Assembly (NCBI GenBank): GCA_041498975.1
Contig: JBGQJI010000011.1
Span: 1 to 31,432 of the forward strand
Origin: Candidatus Methylomirabilis sp.
GTDB lineage: Bacteria > Methylomirabilota > Methylomirabilia > Methylomirabilales > Methylomirabilaceae
Length of the DNA stretch: 31,432 bases
Direction: 5' to 3'
Shown here in pieces: positions 29,688 to 31,432 of the stretch. The translations under genes were made by a program, and so were the position numbers. The notes under the pieces are model-generated. The model did no database searches. It was not told where the DNA came from and worked only from the letters and a program-made list of their open reading frames with translations. The stretch's first letter is position 1, and each line of letters starts with the position of its first letter.

Positions 29688-30098
29688 ATGGCTCAGCACA
29701 TCACGAGCAAGTACACGGCAGCGGCCCTCACGTTGTTGCGGATCGTCACCGGCTTTCTCTTCATGCCGCACGGGGCTCAAAAACTCTTTGGCTGCTTTGG
29801 CGGCATGGGAGGGGGTGGGGCGTCGGCGCCATTCCCGGGGTTACTGTGGTTTGCGGGCGTCTTGGAGTTCTTCGGGGGCTTGGGCATCCTGTTGGGGGTG
29901 TTCACGCGCCCGATCGCTTTCGTACTGTCGGGCTTCATGGCAGCGGCGTACTTCATGGGCCATGCTCCGCGGGGATTCTGGCCGCTACTCAATCGGGGGG
30001 AGATGGCGGTCCTCTACTGTTTCATCTTCTTGCTGTTGGCGGCAGCCGGAGGGGGACCGTGCACCGTGGAGCGCCTGTGGCAGAAACAGGCGAGATAG
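29688..30098 (+). CDS. DoxX family membrane protein
   Basis: GAGGAGG RBS then ATG 29688; LLRIVTGFLFMPHGAQKLFG, LEFFGG...GVFTR, AYFMGH, NRGE. Confidence 0.9.
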   Translation: MAQHITSKYTAAALTLLRIVTGFLFMPHGAQKLFGCFGGMGGGGASAPFPGLLWFAGVLEFFGGLGILLGVFTRPIAFVLSGFMAAAYFMGHAPRGFWPLLNRGEMAVLYCFIFLLLAAAGGGPCTVERLWQKQAR

Positions 30099-30130
30099 AT
30101 GTTCTGCCTGACCAAGTGTTGCAGGCGGAC

Positions 30131-30376
30131 GGGGCCACGTGGCAGGTGTTGCTAAGGTGAAAGGCTCCGCAGGCCTCCGGCCGCTGATCGGTGGCGAGAG
30201 GTTTAAGCTTGAAGATTGCCCCCCTCGCAGATGTCAAAGCGCGCTTGGTGCTGGCGCATCCACCGCGCTTTCAAGCTTTGTTGGGCGAGTCACGTGCGAG
30301 CATTGGGGCCGGTAAAGGGCTGGCGCGCAACGCGTTCTGGAAGGCGGTGGCCGAGCGCCAGCGCAAAAAGGGCTAG
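30131..30376 (+). pseudogene. Degenerate toxin-antitoxin relic: RelE/ParE-like toxin tail plus internally deleted Phd/YefM antitoxin
   Basis: Fragments GATW and VK...LIGGERFKL in different frames, overlapping TTG 30209 that begins MKIAPLADVKARL, joined directly to VLAHPPRFQALL...GKGL...FWKAV with no central PxxITRNG core. Confidence 0.6.
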
Positions 30377-30395
30377 GATGGACCATCGGTCCATC
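30377..30395. repeat. Perfect 8-bp inverted repeat
   Basis: GATGGACC-ATC-GGTCCATC directly after the antitoxin stop. Confidence 0.55.
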
Positions 30396-30721
30396 ACGCT
30401 CTTCATGGAGGAACCTCAACGATCTGTAGGATTTTTGAGACCTGTACCGCGATGACCCCCAACCCTTTATAGTAGGCGGCGCCCCACAAGCCGCCCGCCG
30501 CTGATCTCCGATATTAGCCATGACTAGACCTAGCGAAGATCACTTAGAAATGCGATACCATTATTCACCCACGACATATATAATCACCTCAGAGATTACA
30601 GGCGGTTTAGGCTCAAAACCTTAGACACAGTCAACTGCTTGTGAATGTGAAGGTGGAGGAGATCGGATTTGACACGTGGGATAATTTTTGAGGAACAGGA
30701 TCAAGAAAGAGGAGCATGAGA

Positions 30722-31432
30722 ATGCGCCAGTCAAAATTGAGACGAGTCAAGTATGAGAACCCCCCAATCATTGAAGCAGTATGTGAGTTTCGCTTCGTGC
30801 AGGGAGGGGTTCAGCCTTCTCTCATACCAGGGCGATTCTATGAGCGGGTGAAAACTGAGTATCCTGACATTGAAATGAAAATGGGTGTGGGAGTTCAAGA
30901 GGGAGGCGCAGAGCCGACGATTGTCACGCAAGAGCGGACAGTTTTCCGAAATCCAACTGCCAATCGGCTCGTGCAAATCAGTCCTGGTATGCTGGCGATC
31001 AATCAACTTCGCCCTTATTCTGACTATGCGACCTTTCACCGGGAGATAGAGGCTCGCTTTTCAGATTATAGCGCCGTAGCTGACATAAAAAGGATAACAA
31101 GAATTGGTCTCCGGTATATCAACCGCCTAACCGTGCCAAAAGGTAAGACTCTAGAAGCTGTCCTTCACCTCGGCTTTAAGGTTCCCCCGGGGCTCCCTAC
31201 GAAACCTGATACACACCTATTGCGGTTGGAATTCCCTTACCAAGCTCACCGGGATCGGCTAATCCTAATCATTGCCAGAAGTGGCGATGATCCTCAAAAG
31301 GAAGAGGTCATGTTGGATTTAGACTACATCGCCGTCAAGCCTGAACAGATCGAACAGGGAGAGCTTATGCGATGGGTAGACACAGCCCATGAGGCGATCG
31401 AGGATGTCTTTCATGCGTGCGTGACTCAAGAA
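30722..31432 (+). CDS. TIGR04255-like family protein, partial (runs off the window; not in ORF track)
   Basis: GAGGAG RBS; 237 open codons: YENPPIIEAVCEFRF, LVQI...INQLRPYSDY..F, RIGLRYIN, MLDLD, AHEAIEDVF. Confidence 0.78.
   Translation, partial: MRQSKLRRVKYENPPIIEAVCEFRFVQGGVQPSLIPGRFYERVKTEYPDIEMKMGVGVQEGGAEPTIVTQERTVFRNPTANRLVQISPGMLAINQLRPYSDYATFHREIEARFSDYSAVADIKRITRIGLRYINRLTVPKGKTLEAVLHLGFKVPPGLPTKPDTHLLRLEFPYQAHRDRLILIIARSGDDPQKEEVMLDLDYIAVKPEQIEQGELMRWVDTAHEAIEDVFHACVTQE

Noticed and set aside
30652..30676. GGTGGAGGAGATCGGATTTGACACG resembles a reversed tRNA 3' end or a tmRNA 5' end (possible att site)
   Set aside because: T-loop consensus is broken, no cloverleaf, and no partner repeat in the window.

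Overview
High-GC bacterial chromosomal window; gene content and dispersed repeats would fit Methylomirabilota/NC10, but that is inference only. The left half (1-15.3 kb) is a + strand housekeeping run: accD (3' end), folC, secreted retropepsin-like protease, glmU, glmS, pcrA/uvrD, a CDF metal transporter interrupted by one in-frame TAG, gatC, gatA, a secreted protein, gamma-glutamylcyclotransferase, a MITE-like element, gatB and asmA. From 15.4 to 26.6 kb is an apparent selenium-metabolite island: a SenB-like GT4 glycosyltransferase, a CysL/selenium-associated-type LysR regulator, a beta carbonic anhydrase, an unannotated 35-aa Lys/Ser-rich di-Cys peptide, an ArsM-like methyltransferase that is very probably a selenoprotein (in-frame UGA at the conserved Cys, followed by a SECIS-like hairpin; truncated in the ORF track), a phnE remnant, an iota-CA-like NTF2 protein, senA-like and egtD genes (selenoneine/ergothioneine synthesis), an EgtUV-like betaine-family ABC transporter and a MetE-like Zn enzyme. 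The right end is accessory: a 281-bp partial ada duplication flanking an MxaD-like SRPBCC gene, MaoC, DoxX, a deleted toxin-antitoxin relic and a low-GC TIGR04255-like gene running off the window. All family calls come from reading motifs by eye; no searches were run.
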